Below the pieces are notes generated by a model, which saw only the letters and a program-made list of their open reading frames with translations, was not told the origin of the DNA and did no database searches. DNA of 63,674 nucleotides, the filler included, from Klebsormidium nitens (Eukaryota > Plantae > Klebsormidiophyceae): assembly GCA_000708835.1 (NCBI GenBank). It is 5 parts of 5 records of this genome, joined end to end, with 100 filler letters (N's around TTAATTAATTAA, not from the genome) between each part and the next. Parts side by side here need not be neighbours in the genome. Positions count along the whole stretch, not along the records: positions 1 to 30,009 come from DF237713.1; 4 more parts are not named here. One strand, given 5' to 3'. Numbering within the stretch: the stretch's first letter is position 1; every line of letters begins with the position of its first letter. Below, one piece after another: positions 17,001 through 29,779 of the stretch. Made by a program: the position numbers and the translations under genes.

Positions 17001-18028
17001 GGCACAAAGACTCACCCAGGACTGCAGGGTCTGGGGCCGCCGCCGCTGCTCACGACAGCAGCTATCTGTCAGCACTCCACATGCAGTCTCTGGATGAGCA
17101 AATTGCCAATGCTAAGCATAAACAGCGACGATGAGGTTGGAAGGAATTGCTCTGCACCGTAAGACCTTTCCGCCTGCAGGCTGACATGACCCATCAAGCA
17201 ACACAGGAACTGCAGGCAAACCCAGATACAAAAACCCTTCTGAAGCAGCAGCAGCTATGTGAACTCTCTGCACTTCAGGTCGTTCATGACCCATCGAGCA
17301 ATACCTGAACTGCAAGCAAAGACAAATAGAGAACCCTCTATGCAGTGTGCCCAACCACCCTCCTTGAGAAACATCGACAAGCAGCAAGGAAAATCCCTGC
17401 AGCACAACATTGGCAGCAGAACGCCACCTATGGTCTTTTCCCATCTGTGATTTGCTGGGCTGCTCCAAGGAGAGAATGTCTGCATAAGATCACTTTCCAT
17501 GCGTTAGACGCCGGCCGACACACCTGGTGTCTGCTGCAGCTTCAGATTTCCCAGCTCTGCCTGCACGAGCGCGGTCAGTCGCTGCTCGAGCGCGGCCTTC
17601 TCCTGCTGCAGCGCGACCTTCTCCTGCTGCAACAACTCTGTGCTCTTGCCATCAGCCGCAGCCGCAGCCGCAGCCGCAGCTACAGCGTCGATCTGGTTCT
17701 CCACACGATCAATCCTCTTCTCCACACGCTCGATACTCAGCTTGAGGGCCTGTGCCTTGAGCACCTGAGGCTTACTGTCATCCCCAGTGGGACTCCCAGC
17801 GGACTCTGCTCTTCCCTGGGGGGTCTCTGCCCTCGGCGAGAGGCGCCTCAGTCCCGACCCCACCCTGTACTCGGGGTGGAACCGGCCCAGCCTCGATCCC
17901 TCAAACAGAGGGCGAGGAAGTGCCCTGAACGCAGATCGCCGGGGCGTTGCAGGGGCATTGCCTGCCTGCCCGCACGAACATAAAGGCTTCGCCCCGGCCG
18001 CCTTGAAGAGCACTGCGCCAGACGCCAT
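14095..18028 (-). CDS. Crinkler/RHS-like CR-NTPase + PD-(D/E)xK REase protein with coiled-coil header and transit-peptide-like leader (spliced)
   Basis: VVLSGTPGIGKS (Walker A), VWQVIDG, VVLCSPNRDNYWEFRK, WLPVWTLKEL, FGGLVRHVL, then YVKPLVKVQESWDSL...AVQFTRNVQH and VRLVHVVP; exons from ~16795 to 14095 splice in phase; the join of exon 1 (17524-18028) to the rest is inferred. Confidence 0.75.
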
Positions 18029-19584
18029 AGAACCTCACCAGTGACGTCCCGCAGAGACCAGTGAATGCGGCGCTTGAGCCCTCCCAACCTGCCACTCAGC
18101 CCTCGCACTCGACCACGATCTTAGATGACGAAGCTGAGGCCCAGAAGGGCGCTAGATTCAGGGGTACCGAGCGTTGATATGCCCGAATCAAAGGGCGAGA
18201 TTTTCTCACGTGGGCGAGCCCTTCTAGGACAGAATCAAGCGACGCTGGAGCGACCGCTTTAAGGACAGAGTTTCCGAGAGTTTTTGTGCTCGTCTTGTCG
18301 GTTATGCCCAGGAAGATCACGATCCTCCTGCTTCAAGCCTTTGCTCATGCGTTGGCACTAAGTATCCCAATCAGTCCGCCTTTCAAAAGGGCTCTGGCAC
18401 TGAATTTTCCTTGACTTCAAGGTCTCTCACATCCCTCGTTGCTGGAGTGACTCTGCATCGTGGACTTGATCAAGTTGATGCCAATCAGGGTAGCCCCCCG
18501 GACCCAAAGAGGTGCAGGTCGGCAGGGGGGTCGAACCGTGGGGTCGAAAACCCCCCGTAACGGACGGTGCGCACCACATTGTGCTGAATTTCCTGAACCG
18601 AGCTCTCGCTTAGGGGTAAGAGCCGATATTCGGTCTTATTTTCCTAAAAGAGTGCTTGACAACGTAAATTGCGATAGATAGCACGTTGTATGGTCTAATA
18701 CTACGTACATATTTGCACCAGAGGGGCGGCAGGAAACAACTCCTACTATTATATTGGTTATACTTTTTGGCGAATGCCCACATTGCGCCGACAGGCGTGG
18801 GCATTTGCCTTGCATTTGGGTTGTTTGTTTCTATCCCGTTTCCGCTCCCACAACCATTGCCGCATGAACACTAAAATTTTGCCGACAGTTCTTATAAAAC
18901 TTCCGGCCAATGGCGATGCAGTATAGTTGTCCGTATCGACAACTAGGTACGGGGGCACTGAGCAGACTGAACTTACCGTCGCAGTACACTGACGGTACGT
19001 ACCGGACCGCGGGCTGGAGTCCAGTCACAGGCTGCAGACTGCCGCCAGGTCAGTACCGTACCACCGTCCAAAAAACCTTCCCGCGGTACGGTACGAATAT
19101 GACCTACTGAATATGACCTACTGCGGTACGTAGCGTATATTAGACCGCACACTGTTGGATTCGATTTAATTAATCATATAGCCCGCATATATGTGCGAAT
19201 ATACGCTATTCTACATTTGCATAGGGCTGTTTGCAGTAGTCTCCTCTATCCAATATATTCAATAAATTTGCCTCTGAAGGCAATAGGGGGACGTCAAGCA
19301 TTCGCCAATTTTTAGCGATTCTCAATCGCAGGCATAACTTGTCTTCCGAAAAATCAATAAGAAGGGATGCAATTTTTTGGGTATGGCCTTACTACATACA
19401 TATTCGCAAAGAGCCCTAGAAAGGAAAGTGTCCCACTGCGTATCGATTATACTTTTCTTCCGGAAAGACAGAAGAAAAGTATAACCTTCTCCCGGTCGGT
19501 CGCGATTCCCGAAGTTCCTGTCCATCGGCCGCCATCCCGGGCTCTTTCTCCCTCCCCCCCTGAGAGCCGCCCAAATAAACACTA

Positions 19585-19985
19585 TTTTCCAGGAAATTGC
19601 CCAGTTTGGTTGGAGATAAGACGAGAGCCGGACACGAGAAACTCATGTCGTACCTGTCTTTCCTGTCTGCGCGCTCTGTTAATTACAAAATCTCGAACAT
19701 TTTTCCTGGGATGGTTGTAGGAGATAAGACGAGAGCCGGACACGAGAAACTCCTGTCTTTCCTGTCTTTCCTGTCTGCTCAAACTGTTAATTACAAAATT
19801 CCAGACATTTTGCCAGGTATGGTTGGAAATAAGACGAGAGCCGGACACGAGAAACTCCTGTCTTTCCTGTCTTTCCTGTCTTTCCTGTCTGCTCGTACTT
19901 TTAACTGCAAAATTCCGGACATTTTGCCCGGTATCGTTGAGGATAAGACGAGAGCCGGACACAAGAAACTCCTGTCGCTCGCTCA
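19585..19985. repeat. Tandem array, ~4 units of 105-114 bp with an internal CCTGTCTTT microsatellite
   Basis: Core (g/a)ATAAGACGAGAGCCGGACAC(G/A)AGAAACTC at 19615, 19723, 19828, 19942 (periods 108, 105, 114). Confidence 0.95.
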
Positions 19986-21104
19986 CAAATGGATGACATA
20001 TTCACCGGAATGGTCAGTGAATACGCCGACCCTCTTGTGCAATGCTTTTGTCTGTCCCGTCTGCTTGTCATCCCACTCAGTATATTACAAAATAAAACAA
20101 TATATGTGCTAGAATGTCTGGAGAATAAGCAGAGGGCACCATTTGGGTCTTCCTTCTCGTCAAGAGGACTGTTGTTCAAACTGTTGTTCAACGCGCTTGC
20201 AGACTTCCATGAAGGATTGAGGGAATGCTGTTATTACAAGCTGCCTCGAGCTGTGAGACCAGCTCCAGGGCCAATTGCAATGGCACAGCACGGCACTTTC
20301 CTGCAAGTGTGGGGCGTCAGGCGCGCTAGCTGCTGGCAGGTGCAGCTGGGTAAGGCGCAGCGTGTTTGGGAGTGCAGCGTTTTGCATCTGCCTTTTGAGG
20401 AGTTGCGGGCGGTGGCAAGCTGCGTCACAGGGCTGGCAAGCTGCGGCACAGCGCCCGGCAAGTTGTGGCATGCTGTGGCCCATTTGATGAGCTGGCAGCG
20501 GCAGGCTGTGGCATGGGGCGGGCAAGGCTGTGGCAGGGTAAGCTGTTGGTGGCAAGGCGGCGGCAAGGCGGCGGCATTGTGTGGCAGCCCTGCATGCATG
20601 CCACCTGTCCAGGGTTCGTACCTAGCTTGGAAACTTTCAAGAAAGAGGCATTTCCAAGACAAAAGAGCTTAGGGCCATAGTCAAGAAGGCATTTCAAGTT
20701 CAGGCTCTCTCAAGAAGATGAGCACGGCGCCAGGTTGCAAGAGCGGGTAAGTATCGCACCCCCTCACCTTTTGCTTTTTACACACTGCCCTAAGATTACC
20801 TTGAGGGTTGCTCTGATGCTTCTTATCAGGTATCAACATGTAAGTTGCAGGAGGGGTAACGTTTCATCTCTCGAATGTTTGCGGCGGGCAAATAGTTTTG
20901 AGATTAGGATTGAGAGGCGTCTTAAGAAAAGGGACTGAGGTATGATTTCACATATGCCATGCATGTCGTCCGTATCTTGATTCATCTTTTGATAGGCTAA
21001 AGCGGCGCTTGCTGTCGGCTGATTGATGGCATCTCTTTGAGCTAATTGGAGGCCTGCTGTTGAGCCGACTTGAGGCTCATTGTACCCTACATAGGGTTGG
21101 TTTC

Positions 21105-21600
21105 AGGCACACTGTTGGGCTGATCGGGGGGGGAGGTGCTGTAGGGCTTTTTTTTGCTTGCTGTGGGGCTGCTCTGACTCCAAGCTGGTGGGCTAATTGG
21201 GCACCCGGCTGTGGAGCTGACTTGGGGCCCATCATAGGGTCGGTTTCACGCCCGCTGTTGGGCTGATTTGGGGGATTGCTGCCGGGCAAAATTCCCTGCT
21301 CGCTGTGGGGCTAATCTGGCGTAATGCAGTTGGGCTGATTTGTCACTTACTATGGGCTGTAGTGGCACCCGCTGATGGCTGATTGGGGGCCCATTGTCGG
21401 GCTGGTCTTGGGGCTTGCTGTGGGGCTGATTCAGGGCCCGCTGTTTTGGCTGGTTTGGAGCCCGCTTTCGAACTAATCAGTTGGCACTGTGTAGCTGATT
21501 TGAAGTTCGCTGTGAGGCAGATTCTGAGGCCTTTGCGGGGCCGTTGGTGGCCTGATTGAAGGCTCGCTGTGGGGCTGGTTTGAGAAACGTCTGGTTGATC
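21105..21600. repeat. Degenerate GCTGTGGGGCTGATT-like repeat tract
   Basis: About a dozen variants of (gct)gtggggctgatt / gttgggctgatt at irregular spacing. Confidence 0.6.
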
Positions 21601-22135
21601 TTGGGCCTGCTATTCCATACTGATGCATTTTCGAAAGCACAGAGCATAGGGTGAAATGTGGACTGACTTTTGAGCCCCGTTCGTGATGGCAGAAGATGGA
21701 TCCGTACGAGCCTCAAGCCCAGTCTACTCTGGCCTGCAATCACCTTAAGAAGGATTGACAAAGCAGCCGGCAAAACGGAGGCGCCGTCGCGGCGTTCAAG
21801 ACACGGCCGCCAGCAGCCTGCCACAAGCTGGAGAGATGCAAGTGAGTATTTTGTTGAATGGAGTCTTTGCCCTTCTCTGAATTGCAAAGCTTGATTACTC
21901 GGACGCGTTCAATGCATGTACACGATTCTGGTGAGCGGCGGTGTTTAGTGTGCCGCGTGTTTGGCATGGCAGCTTGCAGCTTGGCCTCTTGCGCACCTGG
22001 GTATTCAAACACTTCCTATTGTGCACGTGCTTCTGACGCTAAAGGCCATGTACATTGGAGTACGTTGCCCAATTGCTGACGCTCTGAGTGACACCTGCAA
22101 AATGCTCACACCATCTGATGTTTGTCCTTCCCCAG

Positions 22136-25100
22136 ACGGATGAAACCACCCAAGTCGCGGCAGAGCTTGAAGCGGGGCCCAAACCCGTGGCACCCCTGCC
22201 ACAGGATGATGGGAGTGGGGGGGAGATTTTGCACGCCAGCGCACTTGATGCGGTGAGACGACGCCCCGCCTCATTGACGTCTGCAGCCATTCCAGAGCGT
22301 ATGCGTTGTGTTGGATGGCTAACGCTCTTGTCCCAGTGTCCAGATTGTTCTCAAACTTCTTTGGTGCTATGGCGCATGGGGGAAAGCTATTTTTTGTCTC
22401 TGGATTCTGCTGAATCTGAGAATTTTCGAATGGGGTCAGGTCCCGAGGAAGCCCAATGACCCTCAACACAACATCAATTCGTGGAATTTGAAATGATTAA
22501 GGGACTTGTTTTTCAGCCAAAAACCACAACTCCGTGGCTTTTCATTGCAGGTGCACGAGACGGAGGAGCCACGAGCATCCAGTTCGCATGGCCTGCTTGA
22601 CCCCAACCACTTTCACACTTTCCAGCGCAACCTGAAAGAGGAGTTGGCGACAGCGACCAACGATTCTGAGGTTAGTGGATCCCTCTGATCCTTCTGACTA
22701 GGCTCTTCCCCTTCAGCACTCAGCGGACAGCGGGCAAATGACCTGGACCGTTCAACGCAACCCCGGAATGGCTGCTGACGTCATAAAGAATGACCCAAAC
22801 TCAAAACTACAGAGTCTGTACACTTGAGATACTCGGACAGGGAGAGAGAGTTTCTTAGTTGCCAGTTGCCAGTCAAGTTACGCGGGATATATCATAGATG
22901 ACTCTCGACCACAGAATGAAGCCACAAAATTTGGACATTCGGATAGGGGTCTGGTCCGTCAATTCCGTCCGGATGGCTGCTGACGTCATGGAAAGAGGCT
23001 CCAAAGTCAGAATCATGGTAGAAAAGTCGGGCACTTGGAGGGGGGGTTTGGGCCGTCAATCGCTTCGGGGTGGCTGCTGTTATCATTGGTAGAAACTCAG
23101 GCCGGGCTTTGGACGGCCGTCAGTTGTAGCCAAAAATCGTAAGATCAACAGCGCTTGCCGCCCTCTCTCTCAAGTTGCTTTCTTGATTTCTTCTCACGAC
23201 AGACTGCACGCACGCTTGTGCAGGCGAGCTGCGGTCATGATGACCGGCAGCATGCGCGCCTTTTCAGTGAGGAGTTGCAGGGCTCAGAGTCAGAAGGGGT
23301 TGGCGAGACCATTGACGAGGTAGAGTACACCAGAGAGAAGGAGTCGTCCGACGAAGAGAATTCCCAGGATCTCAGCTTCATCAACAACGAACCCAAAACC
23401 GGTCAGAATCCCTTGATCACCTACGGCCAAATGAACGCTGCAATTGAAAGCGACTCGGAGCCAAGCCTCTCTCAGCTTCTGGTGGGGCGCTTCAAGCGGC
23501 GGGCACCTGCTGGAGCAACCGGCTCGCCCCAAAACAGGCGGCGCCCCCGTGTGGTGCACTCGTCGCCCGAGCCCTCTGCTGACCTTTCTCCGGCAAACCA
23601 AAGCCAGCAGCGTGGCTCTGACAAGGGCGGGACTGATCAGCCGATGCTGGACGCCGGCGCCAGCTCTGACGATGCTCCACGGCCCGAAGACGACGGCTCG
23701 TTGGACGAGTTTGACCTGGACCTCTTGGACGAGTTCGCAATATGCGAGATTGTGCCGCGTGCACGATCACGGGCTGGGACCTTGGTGAGCACATCTCCCT
23801 TTCTGCGCTGACTTCCCATTCCGTTCCGAGGATGTCCTTTGCGAATGAATTGGCTCACTGTGTTCTGGTCAGCAGGTTTCAGTGGTTCGTGTACATTTCG
23901 ACGTAATCACCAAGGACAACCAGTCATGTACACAAATTACGTGTTGAAAAGCTCGTTGCGCTTGATCTGAACCCCTTCAGCTTTCAAACTTGGTGCGCTC
24001 AAGTCTGAACTCCTGGATCATCGAAGTCTGGTTAGCGCTTGATTGGTTAAGATTTTTAAACCCGTATCTAGAGCGCAGAAGTCTGCTGAGCGCTTGGATC
24101 AAGTCCTGAAGTGCAAAAGTCCGGTTGGCGCTTTTCTGTGTGCACAAAGTCCAGATTTCCTGGAGCGCTCAAAGCTGAGTAGCGCCAAAGGCCTGTTCAA
24201 ATCATTCACGTACGAATAGCATCCAATCAAAAAGCCCGTCAGAGGCCTTTTGGACTGCCAAGTTTGCAGGCGTTCACTGAACTTATGCGCCTGTATTCAA
24301 CGCATCTTTCTAATCGAGAGTTGCGCTGTCGGTTCTAAGGCAATCCGGTGCCATTTGCTTGGCAGCTTTTCAGCCAGATCGTGTACATCTCGACATAATC
24401 AACTTTAAAACAATTGCTGCTGTACACAGGTCGGAAGTCAAAAAGCGTTTTGCTCCTGGTCATTCGGTCATCAAGAACGTTTGCTGAGCTTTTCTTTTGA
24501 ACTTATCTTGTGACGGTATAGTTTTTTGAGACCTTGACTGATTCCTTTTACTATCTCTTTGCAGCCCTCAGCCGCTGGCGCACTTCTGAGTTTGCTCCAT
24601 GCGACTGGGGTGCCTCCTTCAGAGCTGTCCACGCCAGTCTTGAACGCGCCGCAGCCCGATCCTGTCGATGCTCCCCCTTCTCCCGCCATCCCCTGTCCGC
24701 CCCAAAACTCTCCGGCCGCCCCAGCTGTCCTAGCCATGCCCGCAGCACCCAACGCCGCCCCCCCTGTCGCAAGGGCGGTTCCAAGACCCGCTGGTGACCG
24801 GTGCGCGGCGGCCGCTCGTCATTTGCACGGGCTGGGCGTGGCGTCGCTGACGTTCAACATGAAGGTCTGGTCGAACGACAAAGGGGAAGAAAAGAAGGGC
24901 CCGCTTGGCCTCATGCGGGACTGGGGCAACAAGTGTGACCTTGACAACTGCCTGCGGGAAGGGGTTCGGCCCGGCCGGAGCTGCCTTGCAATCGTGACGG
25001 AGGCCTCGGACATCTATGCCCTCGACGTTGACACGAAGGACGGCGGGGGCGAGGCCTTCGAGCGGATGCTGGCGGAGCACGGTCCCCTGCCGGACGACAC

Positions 25101-28100
25101 CCCCTGGGAGTGGACCGGAAATCGGCCAGGGAGACACTTCTTCTTCTCCCTCTCGCAATCCAAGGCCGCGGGCTTACTGAGCGGAGCCGGAAGGGCTCGT
25201 CTGACCTACAAGGGCGAGAAGGTGGGGCTCGACACGCGCGGTGAGGGGGGTATGCTCTTTGTGGGGCCCAGCAGCTACAAGGGCTTGGACGGCGCTGTCC
25301 GGCGGTACGAGTGGGTGCAAGAGATTGCGCCGGACAGGGCCAACCTCCGGGCCATACCGCTGTGGTTGACCGCAATCATCAACTCGAGCGACGCGCCCGC
25401 AAGCGCACCAAGGTAAGTCCGTCTTTTGTGCTATTCCAAAAGGACTGGAAGAATCTGGCCATCCCCCTCAAAATTCGCTGTGACTGATAGCAGGAAGGTG
25501 TCCGAGTGTCCAGACTTTTACCATGATTTTTGAGCCGGCCTTCTGATGACGTCAACAGCCATCCCCTTAAGTTCCGCTGTGACTGATAGCAGGGACGTGT
25601 CCAAGTGTCCGAGCTTTTGCCAAGACTTTTCGGGCGGCCTTCAGATGAGGTTGGCGGCCAACCCCCTCAAAATTCGCTATGGTTGATAGCGGGAAGGTGT
25701 CCGAGTGTCCAAGCTTTTGCCAAAACTTTTCTGGGGGGCTTTCAAATGAAGTTGGCAGCCATCCCCCTCAAAATTTGCTATGGTTGATAGCAAGAAGGTG
25801 TCCAAGTGTCCAAGCTTTTGCCAAGACTTTTCGGGCGGCCTTCGAAAGATTTCGGCAGCCATACCCCTCAAAAAACGCTGTGATTGGTAGTGGGAGCGTG
25901 TCCGAGTGTCCAAGCTTTTGCCAAGACTTTTCGGGCGGCCTTTGAAAGATTTCGGCAGCCATACCCCTCAAAAAACGTTGGGACTGATAGCAGGAGCGTG
26001 TCCAAGTGTCCGAGCTTTTGCCAAGACTTTTGAGCTGGCCTTTAAAAGATGCCAGCCGCCATCCCCTTTGATATCCGCTGTGATTGATAGTGGGAGCGTG
26101 TCCGAGTGTCCAAGCTTTTGCCAAAACTTTTCTGAGCGGCTTTCCAATGAGGTTGGCAGCCATCCCCCTCAAAAATTCGCTGTGACTGTTAGCAAGAAGG
26201 TGTCCGAGTGTCCAAGCTTTTGCCAAGACTTTTGAGCTGGCCTTTGAAAGATGCCAGCCGCCATCACCCAGATATTCGAGCTGTAACTGATAGCAAGAGC
26301 GTGTCTAAATGTCCAGACTTTTGCCGTCATTTCGGACAGGTTACGATCCTTTTTTTAAAAGTTCTGCTTTTTTGATGAAGTGGCCTCTTTCCATCGTGCA
26401 GTGATCGGGCACCGCTCGTGAGGTTCAACCCAACGGAAGACGAAGAGGCCACAGTACAAGACGCGGCGCTCCCGCCACCGCCGGCGGTCTTGAAGCGTGT
26501 CGAGGAGTGCGTAGCCGCTACCGGCGACTCTCACTCCCGCTTCGAGAAGCTGAAGCGACTCGGTGCCGCCGACATGTACGTGTTCCGTGTGAACGGCCCA
26601 CGGGTGTGTCCGTACGAAGCGCACCACAGCGGGTCGAACAACTTCTTCGTCCTTGTGCGCGGATCAGAGCTCGTGTACCACTGCCACAGCTCTGAATGCA
26701 GCGGCATCCAGCCTAAGCGCGGCATCGGGCAGCTCACGCCGCGCGAGACCCGGCTGGTGGGCGAGACAGCGCCAGTCGCCGCCGAGGACTCAACGGTGTA
26801 CACGCCTCTGACGAAATCCTTCGTCGATTACTGGGCCCACAAAGGCGACATGGGGGGCAGTGAGATCGCCACCAAGATGTACGCACAGTGCAACAGGTAG
26901 GTCGTACAAACAACAAATTGCTGCTTTGACTCGCTGCCGTTTTCAAGCCTTGATCATTGCAGGACCATCCTGAGAGCGGCGTATGCTCTGATCTATCTCG
27001 TCCGTTGAAGTTTTTCAAAAGATTCTAGCCTTGCAGATAGTCGGAAGTTGCAATTGGAAGCAACCAGAGACGTTCATTGCCATTCTGTTTTTCAGCAAGC
27101 GCCGCACACCACCTTTTGCAGGCGACCTGTTAAAGTGTCTTCTTTCAGCTGGAGTTCTTCAAAAGAGAGCACTCCACGGGCAAAGATGACCGCGCTGCAT
27201 GCTTTCACGTTCCTGAAAAAAGGGTTCAGATTAGAAGTTTCTTGTGGGCACCTCTTCTCATCACATCTTCTGCATTCCGTGCAGGTTGTGGTACGATGGA
27301 AAGAGCTGGTGGATGTGGGACGGGCAGCGCTTCCGAGAGACGGGGGACTCTGTCGTGCTCTTCGTCATCATGCATCAACTCAGCACCGTGTACGACCGGC
27401 GCGCAACCGAGCTCGAGGATGAGTTTGAGAAGACCAGCAATGAGGAAGAGAAGAAGGTAATTCGAGGGTTGCTGGGGTCGCTCAAAAACTACAATGGTTC
27501 CAATGCAGTCGCAGGGACGCTAGCGGTGATGAAGGGGCAGATGCAAAAACGCCTAGCTGAGGAGTTTGACGCCGATCCGGACATCCTGAACCTGCACAAT
27601 GGTGTCCTGGACCTGCGCACCGGCCAGCTTGACGTCCACAGGCCCGGCTATCGCTGCACCAAGATGGCCGGGGCAAGCTTCCGAGTGAGCTTTCCCTCTC
27701 TTCGACCAACGTGCGGGCCTGTGAAGCATCAGAATTGCATCTTTAGTACGTCTTGCAAGAGGTGTACATCTGCTCTAGGCGCTCTCTAAGGTTCATAACC
27801 TTCTCTGTAAGTTGTCGGGTATGCAGGGATTTGAAGCATGATTGACTCGTTTGCAACGAAAGTTGATGCACGATCTTCAATTCTCCTGTCTCTTTTTGCA
27901 TTGGTGCGCGCTCGTTCTCACTCCCTTTCGTCTCTCAGGGCCTGGACTTCCCCACACCAACGATCGACAGCTTCCTCTCTGACATCTTCAACGACGACCG
28001 CCCTCTGATCGAGTACATGGAGCGGCTCTGGGGCTATGCCATCAACGGCTCCACATCGGAGGAGCTCATCGCCTTTCTTCTCGGCAGCGGCGGTACGCCT

Positions 28101-29548
28101 TTCTTGCCTTATTTCTTGTTTCTGGATTGCTCTACGAATAGTCGGAAGAAGAGAAATGCACGTGTGTCTGAGTGTCCAGACTTTTGCCATGATTTTTCAA
28201 CCGGCCTTCTGATGACATCAGCCGCCATCACCCCCCCCCAATACTCGTTGTGACTGATAGGAGGAAGGTGTCCGAGTGCCAAGCTTTTGTCATAATTTTC
28301 TGGGCGGCCTTCAGATACGTCAACAGCCATCCCCCTAATGAGTCTGCCGTGGCTGATCAACAGCAGGAAGGTGTCCGAGTGTCTGAGTTTTTGCCATGAT
28401 CTTTGAAAACGGGATTTAGATGACGCTGGCAGCCATTCCCCCCAATACCCGCTGTGATTGATAGCAGACAGGTGTCCGAGTGTCCAGACTTTTGGCCATG
28501 ATTCTTGAGCAGGCCTTTCGATAAAAGTCGGCAGCCATTCCCTTCAGGATCCGCCGTGACTGAGAGCAAGGAAATATCAAAAGTGTTTCCACTAATCTTT
28601 AGAATGATACAGAAACAGCCTGACGTCAATTGCAACTCCTAAAAATATCGAAGCGCTCATTTAATCTCCGGAATCATTGTTCTCACGTGTCCTTTCCCTT
28701 GCTTCCCTCTAGGCAACGGAAAAGGCGTCGTCAAGCAGATGTTGGAGAGCACGCTGGGCGAGTACTTTAGCGTCATGGCGAAGGACGCCGTGGTGAAGGC
28801 CCTGGGACAGCGCCCCCCCTCGAAGGGCGCCGCCACGGGCTATCTCGCAGAGCTCCAGGGGTTTCGGGTGGCCATCACGGACGAGACGAGCCCGGGGGAG
28901 CGCGTGGACTTGGGGCTGGTCCTCGGGATGACCGGCGGCGGCCAAGTCTCCGCTCGGCTGCTCTATCGGAACAACGTCATGTTCCGATTCTCCCACACCC
29001 CGTTCATCCAAACCAACTACGACCCGGAGATCCCCCCCACTCTCGCGAAGCAACCCAACGTCCAGCGCCGCTTGATAGTGGTCCAGTTTCCCAACGAGTA
29101 CGTCTCCCAGGACAAATACGACGAAACCAACCCCCGGCACAGGCGCGTAGATACCGGCCTCAAGGAGCGGATGGAGGCGCCGGCGGTCCGGGAAGAGTTC
29201 CTCACGTTCTTGATCCAGGGCAGCGTCGCGTACTTCGCGAACCCAAAGGTTCTGCGGACGCACCCAGCGGCCATCCAAGCGGCGACCGCGGCATGGCTGG
29301 GCCGCGGTGACAAGCTTCAAACGTTCTTGCGGACCGAACACGTCATCGTGGGCGAGGACAAAGTCGCGTGGGAGGATGAGTTATGGGGTCAGTTCCAGGC
29401 TTTTGCAGGAATCAAGATATCCAAGGAAGAGTTGTGCAGGCAGATGGGGGAGAAGGGATATGCTAGGACGAAGAAAGGGGGACGCTTTGACGGGGACCCG
29501 TCGAAGCGGATGTTGTGCTACCTAGGTCTTTCGTGCGAGTACGAGTAG
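22136..29548 (+). CDS. D5-like primase-helicase: acidic N-terminus, bifunctional Prim-Pol (AEP) domain, Zn module, D5_N, SF3 helicase; at least 8 exons, at least 1,183 aa; 5' end unresolved
   Basis: Exons 22136-22252, 22551-22670, 23203-23784, 24565-25412, 26402-26896, 27285-27684, 27939-28092, 28713-29548, all GT-AG and in phase (the first three are less certain); ALDVD, GRHFFF, LDTRGEGGMLFVGPS, CPYEAHHSGSNN...CHSSEC, DADPDILNLHNGVLDL, GSG|GNGKG, AITDE, IQTNY. Confidence 0.9.
25470..26330. repeat. ~100-bp tandem satellite, 9 units, filling intron 25413-26401
   Basis: GTGTCC(G/A)AGTGTCC(A/G)AGCTTTTGCCA core at about 25498, 25597, 25697, 25798, 25898, 25998, 26098, 26199, 26301. Confidence 0.95.
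28160..28570. repeat. Same ~100-bp satellite, ~4 units, in intron 28093-28712
   Basis: GTGTCCGAGTG-type cores near 28163, 28268, 28371, 28472. Confidence 0.9.
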
Positions 29549-29779
29549 ACCAGATAGCAGTCTTGTTACATGTATATATTGAAGTCGATAGTGATCGATG
29601 ACGAACTCGATAACAAGCATGCTTATTATTGTTTATTGTTAACGCCCTGAAAGGCTGGCGAGCACAATAATCGATGCAATTCCGAACTTCAAGCATCCAC
29701 TATAATCGGTTTTATAGTTGTTTCATGGATTAAGCAGCTCGAATAGAGTTTGACGCTTGCACTGAAACACTATAAATGA

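Noticed and set aside
19585-19985. CRISPR-like repeat-spacer appearance
   Set aside because: The intervening sequences are homologous to each other, so this is a tandem repeat; no cas genes; eukaryotic context.
25470-26330. CRISPR-like array and ORFs within the satellite
   Set aside because: Whole 100-bp units are homologous, periods of 99-102 bp break frames, and the array is inside a GT-AG intron.
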